From: the human T2T-CHM13v2.0 reference genome, Homo sapiens
Length of the DNA: 64,000 bases
Assembly (NCBI RefSeq): GCF_009914755.1
Contig: NC_060928.1
Direction: 5' to 3' (one strand)
The notes under the pieces were generated by a model. It was not told the DNA's origin and made no database searches. It saw only the letters and a list, made by a program, of their open reading frames with translations. Below, piece after piece: positions 14,018 through 28,111 of the stretch (the stretch's first letter is position 1; every line of letters begins with the position of its first letter). The translations under genes were made by a program, and so were the position numbers.

Positions 14018-15334
14018 ACAATGAGAACACATGGACACAGGGAGGGGAACAACACACACCAGGCCAGTCGGGAGCTGGGGGTCGAGGGGAGGGAGGGCAT
14101 TAGGACATATACCTAATGCGTGTGGGGCTTAAACCTAGATAATGGGTTGATAGGTGCAGCAAACCACCATGGCACATGTACACCTATGTAACAAACCTGC
14201 ACATTCTGCACTTGTGTCCCAGAACTAAAAGTAAAATAAAAATAAAAAATAAAAATCCAATTTCATTGTATTAATCTATCTACAGCTACTTTAATTTATT
14301 TTGATAATTCCCTATGCTCCCACATTTAGATTGTATTTTCAGGATGATTTTAATAAATAGATATTTCCAGTTGAGCCCTATAACTAAACTTTATGAATTG
14401 ATATATTTTGTAAATTGGTTGAGGTCATCAGAGCAATTCTGTAGTCAGCTGGAACAAGTCCTCATTGGTCCTCTTTATTGCTATTGTCAACAGAATGTTG
14501 CATCGAAGTTCAGATTGTTTTAAAGGTATGTAGTAAGCAATGCAACGCCTGTGACCATTTGCCCCAAAGATTACAGATTGCATTCACTATGATCACACAT
14601 TGTAAGACACGGCTATATACACTTGTTACTCAGAATCAGCTATGTGATGTATCGGTTAAGCTAAAATCTGCAGAAACAAGGTTAGTATAATGAAATTATA
14701 ATTATCTGGCTAATTGTGATCCCTGATAGTATTAGTTAGGAGAACATAGTTTGGAGAGTGTGATAGATTGTACTTTATTTTGGATTAGAGTTTTGTGCTT
14801 GTTGTTGCCAGATTATTGCTCAGGCCTCATTACCAGACATTCCTAGCTACTTTGACTTTCTTTGCCTAGGCAGAATTTACATTTCCTGGGAATCTAACCA
14901 TTTTTTAAAATTAAATTTTGTTCATTAAAAAAATCACATTTGCTTTTTTAAAAAAGATACCATGACTTTCAAAATTATAGTGTTTTCATATGTATGTAAG
15001 TTTTCTAATGGTAGAAGAACACAGTTTTGCAAATATAACCACAGATAGGCAATTTGCTACTCTTTTTTGTTTATATGCAAAGGTGAAATTTTTGAAACTT
15101 CCCCCTTGCAAATGAACTCAGAAGTTAGTCGTTAGATATAAATGTATAATTTTCCAGTTTTTCTGCATTCATTCTGATGATAACTTTTGGGAAACCCATA
15201 TATCTAGCAGTAGCTTTTCAAGCACTGAAAATATACACAGCACTTTAATTCCTTCATATTCAAGTGTCCACTGTATATATAAAATATAATTTAAGACATA
15301 GAAATAGGACTTAAGTGAAGCTCCTGCTTAGGAC

Positions 15335-15460
15335 AGGCACTTAACCATCTGGCTCTGAGCTGTGAAACAGGGATAGTGATACTATTTATCTCATATGGTT
15401 GTGGTAATGAGTAAATGAGAACTACTTTACAAATGACAAAACTGTAAAGACATTAGTTAT
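15335..15460 (+). mobile_element. MIR fragment
   Basis: ctgtgaaacagggatagtgatactatttatctcatatggttgtggtaatgagtaaatgag. Confidence 0.6.
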
Positions 15461-18400
15461 CTAAAATTTGTCCTTGGACTCTGAGAATACCTGATGGCCA
15501 CTGTTGTCCCAGCAAAACTGTGCTCTGCTCTGTTTTTTATCACAGCCACATCCAGTTTCTGTAAATTCCTTGTGCCGATGTAATTCGGTAGAGAGCATCA
15601 TCTTCACGGTCAAGTATAGCAAGTCAGCCGTAAGAACCTCCTCAGTGAAGAAGTGAGTCTCCTGTGTAAATCAGCACATCTTGTTCATTAACACAGCTCA
15701 GGATAAATGGGCCACAGAGCCAAGAGAATGTTGGAAGAGGTCCAGATTGCTTCAAATCCAGATAGATGGAAACAGATTGAGATATGTCTGGAAACCAGAG
15801 TCTGCCTACTAAACACTATGTGCTTTCCCAGCAATCACTGATTAGGAAAAAAATAAAAGTTTAATGCCCCTCCACCCACACAGAGAACCCTCAGATGAAG
15901 TCAGGCACATCATCTCCCCTTGCTTTACACAGATCACAGGAGCACTCTCAAATAACCAATGCTGCATGCAATTTATTTTCTCTTACCCTCTGTTCTTCTG
16001 AATGACACCACTTGGCAGGAGGTTTTGCCACTTTCAGAAGGTTTGGGACCTGAATGGTTAGCAGGCTGCCTCAGTGGAGATTTATCATGTAGAATAATTC
16101 ATTGAGCCATATGTTCCAATGAATATATACAGAACATTGTAAATACATCCACTGAATTTCTCATTTGCTACCAGAGGGAATCCATCTTTCACATTTTCCA
16201 GCAGAGCACTTGACTGCAGATGTTAGAAAATATTTTGCTTTAAGTTTTGTTCTGACTGTTCCCTCTGGTATGATTTACCTGGTTTTTATTTCCTGCAATA
16301 GTCTAAGCTCTGTGCCAATATTTCATTTATATATACCGTAAGCACCCTTGGGTATTCTCGGGCTGATTATTTCCACCAAAATAATCTCTCTTGCCATTTG
16401 CCTATCTTAACAACAAAATGACAATGTCTCTTATGCCACCTGTTTAGGTACTTGTTTCCATGTGATGCAGAAAAGAATTTGATTATAACTCTGAATTCAA
16501 GAAGTGTAACAAAATGCTCTCCTAACTCTTTAAGATCTTTGATGCAGACTCAGTCTTTCTCAGATAGTCCAGTCTGTGTGCTCCTCTGTCTCCACTTTCT
16601 AAAACAAGCCTGTGGTAGCTCCCTCTGGATGACATTAACAGCAATACTTTAGCTAGATCTCAACTTAATGTCAGCTGAGAACAACCTCAGTGTCGAAATT
16701 TTGATTAGTCACCAGAAGGAGAGACAGTTAATATTGAAGTATGGGTACTTTTAAATGAGTTGGTCTTTGATAGGTTGGGAATTTCATAGACAAGCATAAT
16801 AAAACACATAGTCTGGAACTGGGAAGAGAGAGAAGAAGATGGCAGGAAAGAGCAAGGAATAATTGTGTTTGCTTCTATATTTCATAGGGGATCCTGAGGA
16901 TAGTTTGTGAGCCACTGAAAATCATTTCCTTCTGCCTTTACCATGTGTGTTACAGTTAGTTGCCAAGACATGAATCTGGATGTCGAGACTATTATGAAAC
17001 CTTAAAAATGGAAAACCATGCTTATATTAATTGATTGTCTCCCTACTAAAAGTTTGTCTAATGTCCTCCACTTCATCAAGCTGCTTCACTGATGGAACAT
17101 AGCTCCATTTCTATTCAGGATAGAAGAGACTAAATGGAGAAAGATAAAGGAGAATGAACAAATGGAAGGGTAAAACTATACTATGGAGAAAATAAGCCAG
17201 TTATCTTCTTTTTCATTTTTATTATGGATTCATAGGGATCTCTCATAACCTATTCACCTTCCTTAATGCCAAGAGCTGTCACTGCCTTGGAGGAAATTGG
17301 ATTCATGTTTTAAATGAAGAGAAGGGAGACAATGAAGGCAGAGTGTAAATTGGTGGTGGTTGGAAGGACGGCAACTTACATGTGAAAGGTATTTGAATAT
17401 TCATACCTCATTTCCACCTGCAAGCATGTAATAAAAACTGAGCAATAGAATTAGAAACTAAATGTTTCTCAAGTAGGTATCAATGATAATTTTCTCATGT
17501 AGTTAATAAAATACACCTTTTAATCTTTCCTTCTCCCCACTTCCTTCAATTGTCTAATAAAGGAGCATTCCTTCTCATTCATGTGTCCCCTGCAGTAATC
17601 TGTTAATACTCCAGGGGAAAATAATGCTTGCTATTGGTTCACTACAATTGTGTGAAGGAAGCTAGTGATGGCAGACACAGCTGCTACCAGAAAAAGGCAG
17701 TTTGTTGGCAGCCTGACAGCTGTTGACTGTTTGAGTGTTTAAGCAGCAAGACCCTGAATGCCCTGCAGTAATTCTATAGAAATACTGGAGACTCTCCAAG
17801 TTTAAGATGCCATGGCTGTGACTGTCATGCCTGCTTGTGCCTTCTCTTATCAAAGGTAGTTTTACTTATTTTATCCGATCAAGTTAATGTCATTTCTGAG
17901 GCAACAACAGGAAGAAAAAGTAATGCACCTTCCAGAAAACCAAATTCAAAATGGCACCTGGCTGTCTGGTACCATGATTGTCCAAAAAGCAAAGTTGCAA
18001 TTAATGACGCAAGATCAGGAACTTGAAATTTATTTTGTAATCATGCTGCTACATTACTTAAACTAGTTTTAAATGTGCTTTCATCTCTATCTTGAAAAGG
18101 CCCAATGCTTAGGGTGAAAATCAAATAAAAACCATTGTAATACATTGTTTATGTTAGAATATCACAAACCTTCAGTCCAGAAATGCTGGATTATTAAATA
18201 GGAAAATTTATAATTTTGCAAATTATGAGGAAACTAAGGAAACATGAGATTCTACTTTAGAGTTTGAGATCTAAAATTAAGAAATTGATAGATAATGTCT
18301 GTAGCTTTGGTTATAGTAATCTAAAATGAATGGAAAAATATATATGCCTTTCTATAACGTGAGTCTGTTTTACCAATCCCTTATCACTAGATTATGAGTA

Positions 18401-19344
18401 CAACATTTAGTCCTGAGTTGCTAAAATAATATCTTTGTCCTGATTTTGCATTATGCTTCACTTTCTTGTTACATCTAAAGCTGAACTAGCCTTTTTCATG
18501 TTATGTTGGTCTCCCTTTTGTATAAAAGATTGCTATGCTAATTGAAAATAATTTTTAGTTTATTTGCATACAATTGGTTAATGTTCAGTCTGTAAAACAC
18601 ATCAACTTCCGTTCCACTAGCTATTTCTGTGTCTGTTGCCACATATAATTGCATGATGCTGGAGAGATGGTTCATTATATGCTCTTAAAAATGCATGTAA
18701 ATGCCTCCAGAAAAGAACATTTACTGCAGCTGCAATGGGAAAATCATTTTTTTTCTAGCATCCCTGATTTTAGGAGAAAATATGAATAAATTCTAATTAG
18801 ATTTCTACTTGGGATACTTTACTTGGTTACTCAAAAGACGAATGTTTCCTACAATCAAATATAATACACCTCTCAGTGTAGGACTTGGATTAAAGAGAGC
18901 TTTGCATCTTCAGTGATTTTGGTGCATAATTTAATCCCTGTGGGTTACGTGGAGTACCATAGCAAGTACTATTGACTACCCCAAGAGCTTGCCAGTTCTT
19001 AAAGCATTAACAGGTTTAAAGAGGTTACAGTATTCAAAAGAGAAATTATAAGCCCATGAAATACTTCTAGTAAAAACTCACAGGATGTGAGTGTGGGAGA
19101 TGATTGTTAAATGGTGATTAGTCCATCTTGGCTGGAGTATATTCATTTCCTAAAAAAGCATAAGACTTATTTAATAAAAGTGTTACATGACAAGAGAGTG
19201 GTCAGAAATGAAGACTCCCAAAACAGGGAAATCTTTTTTTCAAATGCTTGGGTTTGATGAAGAATGGACAGTCGTGTAGATGTATTATTGGACAAAAGGG
19301 GTAGAAGCTAATGGTAATAAACTAGGGGCAACTTACCAAGGTCT

Positions 19345-20294
19345 TGATCCAGTTTGGATGTTTGTCCCCTCCCAATCTTATGTTGAAATGTAATCCCCAG
19401 TGTTGGAAGTGGGGCCTAATGAGAGATGTTTGAATCATGGTGTTCCTGGATAAAATTGGGGTCTGGCTGCTTGTTCTTCCAGTCCAATAACAAGATGCAG
19501 ACAGACTGGGAATGAAGGGAGTTTATTTCTGCAACTGGTTACAAGGAGAAAGTCAGAGTAACTCACCAGACCAACCCAAAGTTACAAGTTTTGTTCTAGT
19601 GCTTACATACATTTTAAGCTCCATGCTAGATGTGAGATTGCACCTACAAACAGGAGTGTTTCACTCGATCTATGTCTAATCTTTAACTGGGGTCTGAGGT
19701 CTGGAAAGCTTTCTCTAGAGTCTTGGAAAATTTCTTAATCTTAAGACAAAACAAGGTGTGTAAGAATGCTATTATTATTCGATCAGACTTTAGGGTCTGA
19801 GAAAACCCGGGTATGGTCTTAATGGGTTTGTTTTGGCATTCCAGCCCTTGTACTCAGGCACCAGTTTCTCCAGTTCTTCAAAGTTTAACTTATGTGTTCA
19901 TCAAAATTATAGTGAAGGGTTATTGGAAACTGTTCTGGTTGCTAATGGAAACCTGGCCTGCCACCATGGGACTGGATCCTCTGGAATGGCTTAGAGCCCT
20001 CCTGACAGTAATGAGTTCACAGGAGTTCTGGTGCTTAAAAGCCCAGCACCTCCTCTTCTTCATCTTGCTTTTCTTCCTCTTCTTCATCTTGCTCCCTCTC
20101 TCACCGTGTGACACACTTACTCCCTTTTTGTCTTCCACCATCATTGTAAACTTCCGAGGCCTCACCAGAAGCCGAGCAGATGATGTTGCCATGCTTGTAC
20201 AGTATGTAGAACTATAAGCCAAATAAACCTCTTTTCTTTATAAATTACCCAGTCTCAGGCATTCTTTTATAGCAATATAAAATGGATTAACACA
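19345..20294 (+). mobile_element. MST (MSTB-like) MaLR solo LTR, itself split
   Basis: tgatccagtttggatgtttgtcccc...aataaacctcttttctttataaattacccagtctcagg...aacaca; 5-bp TSD ggtct/ggcct. Confidence 0.85.
19441..19964 (-). mobile_element. ERVL solo LTR (LTR47-like) inside the MST LTR
   Basis: 5-bp TSD catgg (19436-19440 / 19965-19969); minus strand starts gtggcaggccaggtttccattagcaacc; polyA signal (plus-strand tttatt). Confidence 0.7.
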
Positions 20295-20689
20295 GGCCTA
20301 GTCGTTCAGATTCTTCTTGGCCTCTAAGTATAGTGCAGGGCCTCTCTTGAATGAAGGTCTTATGACCCACTTTCAGGAGAGGTGGGTCAGATAATTCTTT
20401 TATGGCTTTTTTTGGGGAGGGGAAGAAAGATGGGAGAAGGTCAGAGAGTGACCTTTTTAATTGCATTCAGCTTAAAATCGGAGTATATGCATTGACAGGG
20501 CTGAAACAACAACAACATAGGATCCTAGATGAGCCTGTGTCATGAGGGACCTGATTTCAGGCTTCATTTAGTAAGTTGGGGAGCCTTTCAGAATTATGGC
20601 TAGGAAGATTCACTGGTATGATGTAAACAACAGATTTGATCAGGAGAGGAACTCCAGCCTATCCCTACTCTCAGAGGAGAAGCTATCAA

Positions 20690-21125
20690 TTGGAGGTTTC
20701 TGTAAATTAGGACAGAGATGGTAGGAATCTGAGATAGGATAGTCATATTAGGAATAGGTGGTAGAGGATAAATGTAAGAGGAAATGGGAAGGCTTCATTT
20801 GAAAGGTTTGACCATTTCCCCATATCCACGGTTTCCAGCATCAGTGATGGAGACTTTAAATGTAAATCTAAAGTTTTCCACCTGTGCTCTTGTGGTGATG
20901 TTATTTCTGAAAATAGACAAGAGAACAGTGTGAAGATCTAAAGATAGACGGAAATAAATTTGGTTTTAAAATGCATTATATTTGAAGTTCTAAAAAGAAT
21001 ATCTAGGTAGAAATGTCAAGCCGGCAGCTAGAAATGTTTGTTTAGACTCAGAGGAGAGAACAGAGTTGGAGATATTGATTTGGAAGTAGAAGGTGTAGGA
21101 GTGAATGGAATTTTCAGGGAGAAAA
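20690..21125 (-). mobile_element. L2 fragment
   Basis: Purine-rich reverse L2 wording: tttgaagttct...gtagaaatgtcaagccggcagctagaaatg...ggagatattgatttggaagt. Confidence 0.65.
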
Positions 21126-22245
21126 CAATATTGCTGCCCACATGAGCTATTCACTGGGCTTGGTGGTCATTAAAAGGCATGCTGCGTAGGGTTAGGTCAC
21201 CATGGTTGGTCAATACCTCATTAGGTAGTGGATCAGTAAGTCAGCCAGGAAGAGTATGGGAATGAAGAAGAGTACACATGTCTATCTCTCGCTGATGCAA
21301 CCAAATACATTGGTTGAAAAGACATCACCAAATTATTAAAGACAAATATCCACAGTTTTCTTGGCTATTTATTTATGTATTGCTTGTTTGATTATTTTTA
21401 TAATGCATTGGGTTTTAAAATGAAGAAACTACTGCTTGAACTGTTATTTAGACCATCTTTTTTGGTTCTACACAAATTATGTGGTTCTACACAAACTCTT
21501 CAAAATTTTTATTTTCTATCCTCACATTGACTTGGATTATATTTAACTGCATACATAATGAATTTTTAAAAATGACTTTTTAACTTTTTCATATAAAATC
21601 TTAAAAATTAAAATTTTAATTTTGAAATTAAAAATTAACAAGTAAATAATTGAGCATTTGATAACTGCCTAATATTCACTCTAGTTGATTATTTAAATCC
21701 CCAAATTGTTGAAAGCATGAGATATGTCATAAAATAAATTTTCATTTACTCAGACATCAGTGTTTACTTTAAAAAATGATTTGCATTACTTTTAATTGTA
21801 AGACCTCTTTGAGGCTTGAGATAAGGGAATAAATCTAATAATCCATATTTCCTCATTTCAGAAGAGTCAAACATATGCAAGACACAACTTTTTTAATAAC
21901 GGATTTTGCAGAGCTACTCAGTGTAAAAACAAAATTCTGTCTAAACTTTTTCAGTTAAATGGCAGGAATTAAATATAAACAGACTGGCATTTCTGTATTT
22001 AGTCACTAAGCTAAATTGAGATTTGAGGCTTCATAAAGTGGTAAAAACAAAACAAACAAATAAAAATCCTTTCTCATCTCAAAACTTTATTTGTATCATT
22101 TTTGACACTTAAAAAAATTTCAGGCTTAATGCTTTGGCTTTTTCTCGCCTAAGCAAGTGCCTTTGGGATGAACATTTGTGTGCTGTGCTAAATAAAAACC
22201 AAACACAAAGTTGATGAACAGTGTTCTTACATAAGAGTTATGCTT

Positions 22246-22581
22246 GGCCGGGTGCAGTGGCTCATGCCTGTAATTCCAGCACTTTAGGAGGCCGAGGTGG
22301 GTGGATCATCTGAAGTCAGGAGTTTGAGACCAGCCTGGCCAACATGGTAAAACCCCATCTCTACTAAAAATACAAAAAAAAAAAAAAAAAAGAAATCAGC
22401 TGGGTGTGGTGGCAGGTGCCTGTACTCCCAGCTGCTTGGGAGGCTGAGGCAGGAAAGTAGCTTGAACCCAGGAGGCAGAGGTTGCAGTGAATAAGCTGAG
22501 ATAGCGCCACTGCACTCCAGCCTGGGTGACAGAGCGAGCCTTTGTCTAAAAAACGAAAACAAAAACAAAAACAAACAAACA
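22246..22581 (+). mobile_element. AluS (Sx/Sz-like)
   Basis: Full dimer; TSD aagagttat(g/t)ctt; (AAAC)n-type tail. Confidence 0.95.
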
Positions 22582-23510
22582 AAGAGTTATTCTTCTGTAG
22601 CCCCAATGCTGGGTATCGGTTCTTGTCTGTTGGCATGTGCTTAGCAACCTGCTTAAAGTTAGGTGGTGATTGTAGGTAACCTTAAGGAAGGTTTTCATTG
22701 CCACTAAGAAGGAGAAATGGTAATTGTATAAGTGGTCTTCTCTTCAAAAGTTCAGAATTGAAGTTACATTCTATAAGACATGAAGGGTTTTGACATATTG
22801 ATGCTAAACACTTATGTTAGTAATATTATGCCTTCTGGTCTGGGGATTTATACTATGTCCTTATGTGTTTCTTTTCAGCTTTCCATTTTAAGCTATGGTG
22901 TAACTGGAAAGTTGCTCTTAAAAAGACTTTGAGCACAATACCGTACTCTCCACACGTGAATCAATCTGTTATTGTACATAAAATGTTATCAAGTGGCTTG
23001 GCAAATAGGCTCTTGGAAGAAAAGCCCTACTTTAACCAGGATTACTGGCAGGAAAGCTCACTAAATACTGGAAATAACTGGGCTTTTACTTTTCTACCAT
23101 AATATCTGTAACTAAATGCTTTCAAACATTATAAAAATAAAATTATTCAGAGATATCAAAGTAGTATCATTAATCTATTGTTTAATGTGATACTTTTGGT
23201 TATCTTGTTATATTTTAAATATGAATTATTTTGTCATATATCCTGTTGCATAGATTAAAACAGGCATAACAATCTTAGAAATTTCCATTCTTCATCATCT
23301 TTTGTAAGGGAAAGAAAAGATGTGTTTACATCTGAAGAAATCATTCAAGATTTAGTATAATGTATACAGATATTTACATGATTTATAATGGAAAATCTTT
23401 CTGTTTTTGTACTCTTACTTGTAAGGGACTAAATAGAAAATAGTATATATTTAGAGGAACTTTGCTAATAATATATTTACTCATGACACAGTATTGACCT
23501 GCCAGTGTTT

Positions 23511-24523
<1,013 letters not shown>

Positions 24524-24799
24524 TGACCTGTCAATATTTAAAATAAAACCATGTTCGACCATTTTTAAATTACTAATGTCTGCAGTAAAATATAAAAGAT
24601 AGTAATTTACTATCTTATAATGCAGGATTATTTTTCAGATTTGCTTTCATATTCATAGCACCACTGTGAATTCTGACATGAATGAAATTTCAACCTTGAT
24701 AATTTGAATTAATCAACACAAGCTGTTGGGTTTGGGACAAAATGTTTGTATTTTCTCATTTGCTATTTACGTGTAAAACTCACTTCAGCCACTGCTTGG

Positions 24800-25298
24800 C
24801 TTCCATGAAAGCAGAGCATGAGACATGAAACGGAGCCTAGAATGTAGAAAACTGATATACAGGGAGCAAGAGGGAAGGGCAAGAGGAGTGAAACAGGAAG
24901 GGAGGACAGCACAAGGTGCATTATGGACTTGATCACAACGAGAGGTGACATTGCTCTTATAGGACTTGCTGAGGGTTCTGTGACATGGGTCTCAGAACCC
25001 TATGAGAGACCAAATGAGAGAGCATTTATCTATTGGTTCTTATTCCTTGAGTTCACGGACAAAGATGAATTACCTTGCATTTCTAGGTTGGACCTGTGTT
25101 GAGTGTCAATGGAATCTTATAGTCCAAAGAACCCTGAGGCATAAAGAAAGAGATATATTATATAATAAGTGGGTGCTGTTAGGTTGCATTAGTGGGGAGC
25201 TGGTCAAATACTGCTTGGAACTGAACTCTAAGGCAGGATCTGGAGTAAGAGGTAAAGCCCAAAAGATTTAAGTGGTGTAGAAGAGATGTTTGCTATGG
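24800..25298 (-). mobile_element. Old ERVL LTR (LTR33-like)
   Basis: gagtgaaacaggaagggagg...gcatttatctattggttc pattern; boundaries approximate. Confidence 0.5.
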
Positions 25299-26044
25299 CT
25301 ATTTAGAATCTATAACTGATATTGTGACTTCATTACCTGCTTGAGTTATATACATAAAAATCTAGTGAAAAGGTTCATATAAACCATTTTATCGTATTCT
25401 TGCATTTTCTCTGTTGTTCCCTCCTTTAAAGTGGACAATCCCACTTCTGACTCTCAACTTTTGTTTATGGGACTGGTCTAGCTGTAAATCTGGTTGTCAT
25501 CATGCCTCCATATCTAATTATTCACTAAGTATTGAAGATTTAAAGTACAAAATATTATCTATATCTATCCTCTTTCTGTTATCTCTATTAACATAGCTTG
25601 GGGCATCTTCTTTCTCTATGATGATCTCGGGCAATTAGCCACATAAAATCATTTATACTCTGTTAGCACCCCTTGGCAACTCACCATGATTAGTGGGGGA
25701 ACTATAACCTGTTTAGGGTATTTAATTGAACAATATGATTATTAGACTGTGAAGAAATCTGTTGGGTTATGGGGAACTGGCAGGGTTGGAGAAGGTGAGT
25801 GAAAGAAAGAGGGTATGGAAGATGATTCTTATTGCAGCATATTAGGAAATTTGCAAAGGCATATACTTGATAATGATCCCCTTCTCCAATGAAACCAGCA
25901 ACTATATATAGCCTATATGTGAATTTTTCATTTCTGTGTATTGATTATCATTCAAACAGATGGTAAATAACTTTTGAGGACCAAAATGTTTAGAGTATGA
26001 AGAGACCAACATGAATATTATGGTATCTACCAATGGCATTTTGA

Positions 26045-26364
<320 letters not shown>

Positions 26365-26434
26365 TGGAAATATGTATAATATTCTTAAAAATAATTCTGT
26401 CTATTTTATTGGAGATAAAAATGGTAGCCATTTT

Positions 26435-26725
26435 GCTGGGGATGGTGGCTGATGCCTGTAATCTCAGTGCTTTGGGAGGCTGAGGCCAAGAGTTCAAGAT
26501 TAGCCTGGGCAACATAGTGAGACCCCATCTCTACAAAAAATAAAAAAAATTAGCTGGGCATGGTGGTGCATGCCTGTAGTCCTAGCTACTCCAAAGGCTG
26601 AAGTGGGAGGATTGCTTGAGTCCAAGAGTTTGAGGCTGCAGTGATCTATGATTGTACGATTGCAATCCAGCCTGGGTGACAGAATAAGATAGAGTCTCTA
26701 TAAACAAACAAACAAACAAACAAAA
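26435..26725 (+). mobile_element. AluJ with short left-arm deletion
   Basis: agcctgggcaacatagtgagacc, gaggctgcagtga; (AAAC)n tail. Confidence 0.9.
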
Positions 26726-26729
26726 AAGA

Positions 26730-26850
26730 GTACTAATTTCACAGGATTATTCTGAGGATCAAGTGATTAAATGAGGTAATATATGAAAAATACCTGTAAC
26801 AGTGTTTGGCACATAGTACATGTTCAATAAATGCTTATTATTGTTATCAT
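26730..26850 (+). mobile_element. MIR 3' part
   Basis: gattaaatgaggtaatatatg...ggcacatagtacatgttcaataaatg. Confidence 0.75.
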
Positions 26851-28111
26851 TATTAAAATATCTTTTGTCCTATTTTAACTACATATTTAAGATTTTCCAA
26901 GTTTTATCCCATTGGATAAGAACATAGAAATTTGAGAGCTAACTACGGGAGTCTTAAAAATATCTTCCTCTTTTTCCTTCAAATGTGTAACTGTTGTCTA
27001 AAGTAGTTCTTTGTGCATAAATGTGTTGCGGGGAGTAGTGCTTAGAGAACTATCTACTATTTAATTAATTAAACTTTAAAGGAATTTTCTCTACTTTCTT
27101 TATTTCAGAACTCAAAATTATTTTCTACAGCAATTGCCCAATCCACTGTGGGCATCCTAATGACCAAATTATAAAGCAAGAGTCTTAAGTTCTGGGGGTG
27201 GGGGGGCAGGCATAGAGATTCTCTTTTTCTTCTATGTCTTTTTAAAAATTGGAGTATTGCATGCCTAAGTTATGAGAAATTCTCTTTATATTTTCTAATT
27301 TGTTGATCTAATTATTTTCTGATTATACATAATGCTGGTGGAAATAAATACCTCAGTTCTCAAATAGCATTAATTCTTTGGAGAAACAATTTTGTAGTAG
27401 TCGCAGTAGAAAGATAGAAGGGAACTATTGAACTTGTTATTTTCTTCAAGACTGAGAACCTACCTTTCTGCCAGTATGTGACTCAACTTGTTCTATTTAA
27501 GGTAAGTTGCTTTTGGTTTTCTTTGGTTAGGAGAGGGGAAGAGGGGCTGTAATCACACTTTGTTGCTCAGTGCCACTTCTACAGTCTTTTCATTGGCAGG
27601 AGAATCTAATACAATGGAGATGTCAATCAATGCACATCTTTGACTAAAAAGCTCCCCTTGAAAACCAGATAACAGCGAATGCTTCAGACTAACAGTCTTC
27701 TTTACTTATGAGCAGACTGCACAGGGTGATCACCAAGGGTTTTGTATGAAAAGCCTTGCACCCTTAGTGCATCCAGCTAGGGGATAATTCTGAAGTGGAA
27801 TTTAGTAGAAACCATATGAAACATCACAAAAGATGCCACACAGGCAGCTCGATGGAACATAATATGTCACTCACTACTGACTGTATTACCTCCTGCCTGT
27901 CCACTCAACACAGGAGCCCAAACAAATAAACCTGTGCTTAACTAAGAGAAAGAGATTTCTTGTTTTCTTCTTTTACAATGTATGCAACATCAGTAAACAA
28001 TGAGTACATGCTAGGAGAAACATATGAAATAACATTATTTGTCATTAGTACATTTCTGACAATGACATTGACTTAAAGACTTTCAATAATAATTTGAAGT
28101 AGTTCAAGGCA

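Larger units (their letters stand above)
7958..14250 (+). mobile_element. Near-full-length LINE-1, L1PA8A-L1PA11 range (L1PA10-like)
   Basis: 5'UTR, ORF1, ORF2, 3'UTR and A-tail all present; 15-bp TSD aaaaatccaa(g/t)ttca at 7943-7957 and 14251-14265. Confidence 0.95.
19181..20480 (-). mobile_element. MER31-like ERV1 LTR, split by nested LTRs
   Basis: ggacagtcgtgtaga...attggacaaaagggg on the left resumes as gttcagattcttcttggcctct...ggtcttatgacc on the right; outer ends approximate. Confidence 0.6.

Noticed and set aside
19813-20222. Overlapping 134-aa and 100-aa ORFs
   Set aside because: They span the junction of two LTRs, have no recognisable domain, and are chance ORFs.
21604-21623. 20-bp palindrome aaaattaaaattttaatttt
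   Set aside because: A/T-only low complexity; expected by chance.
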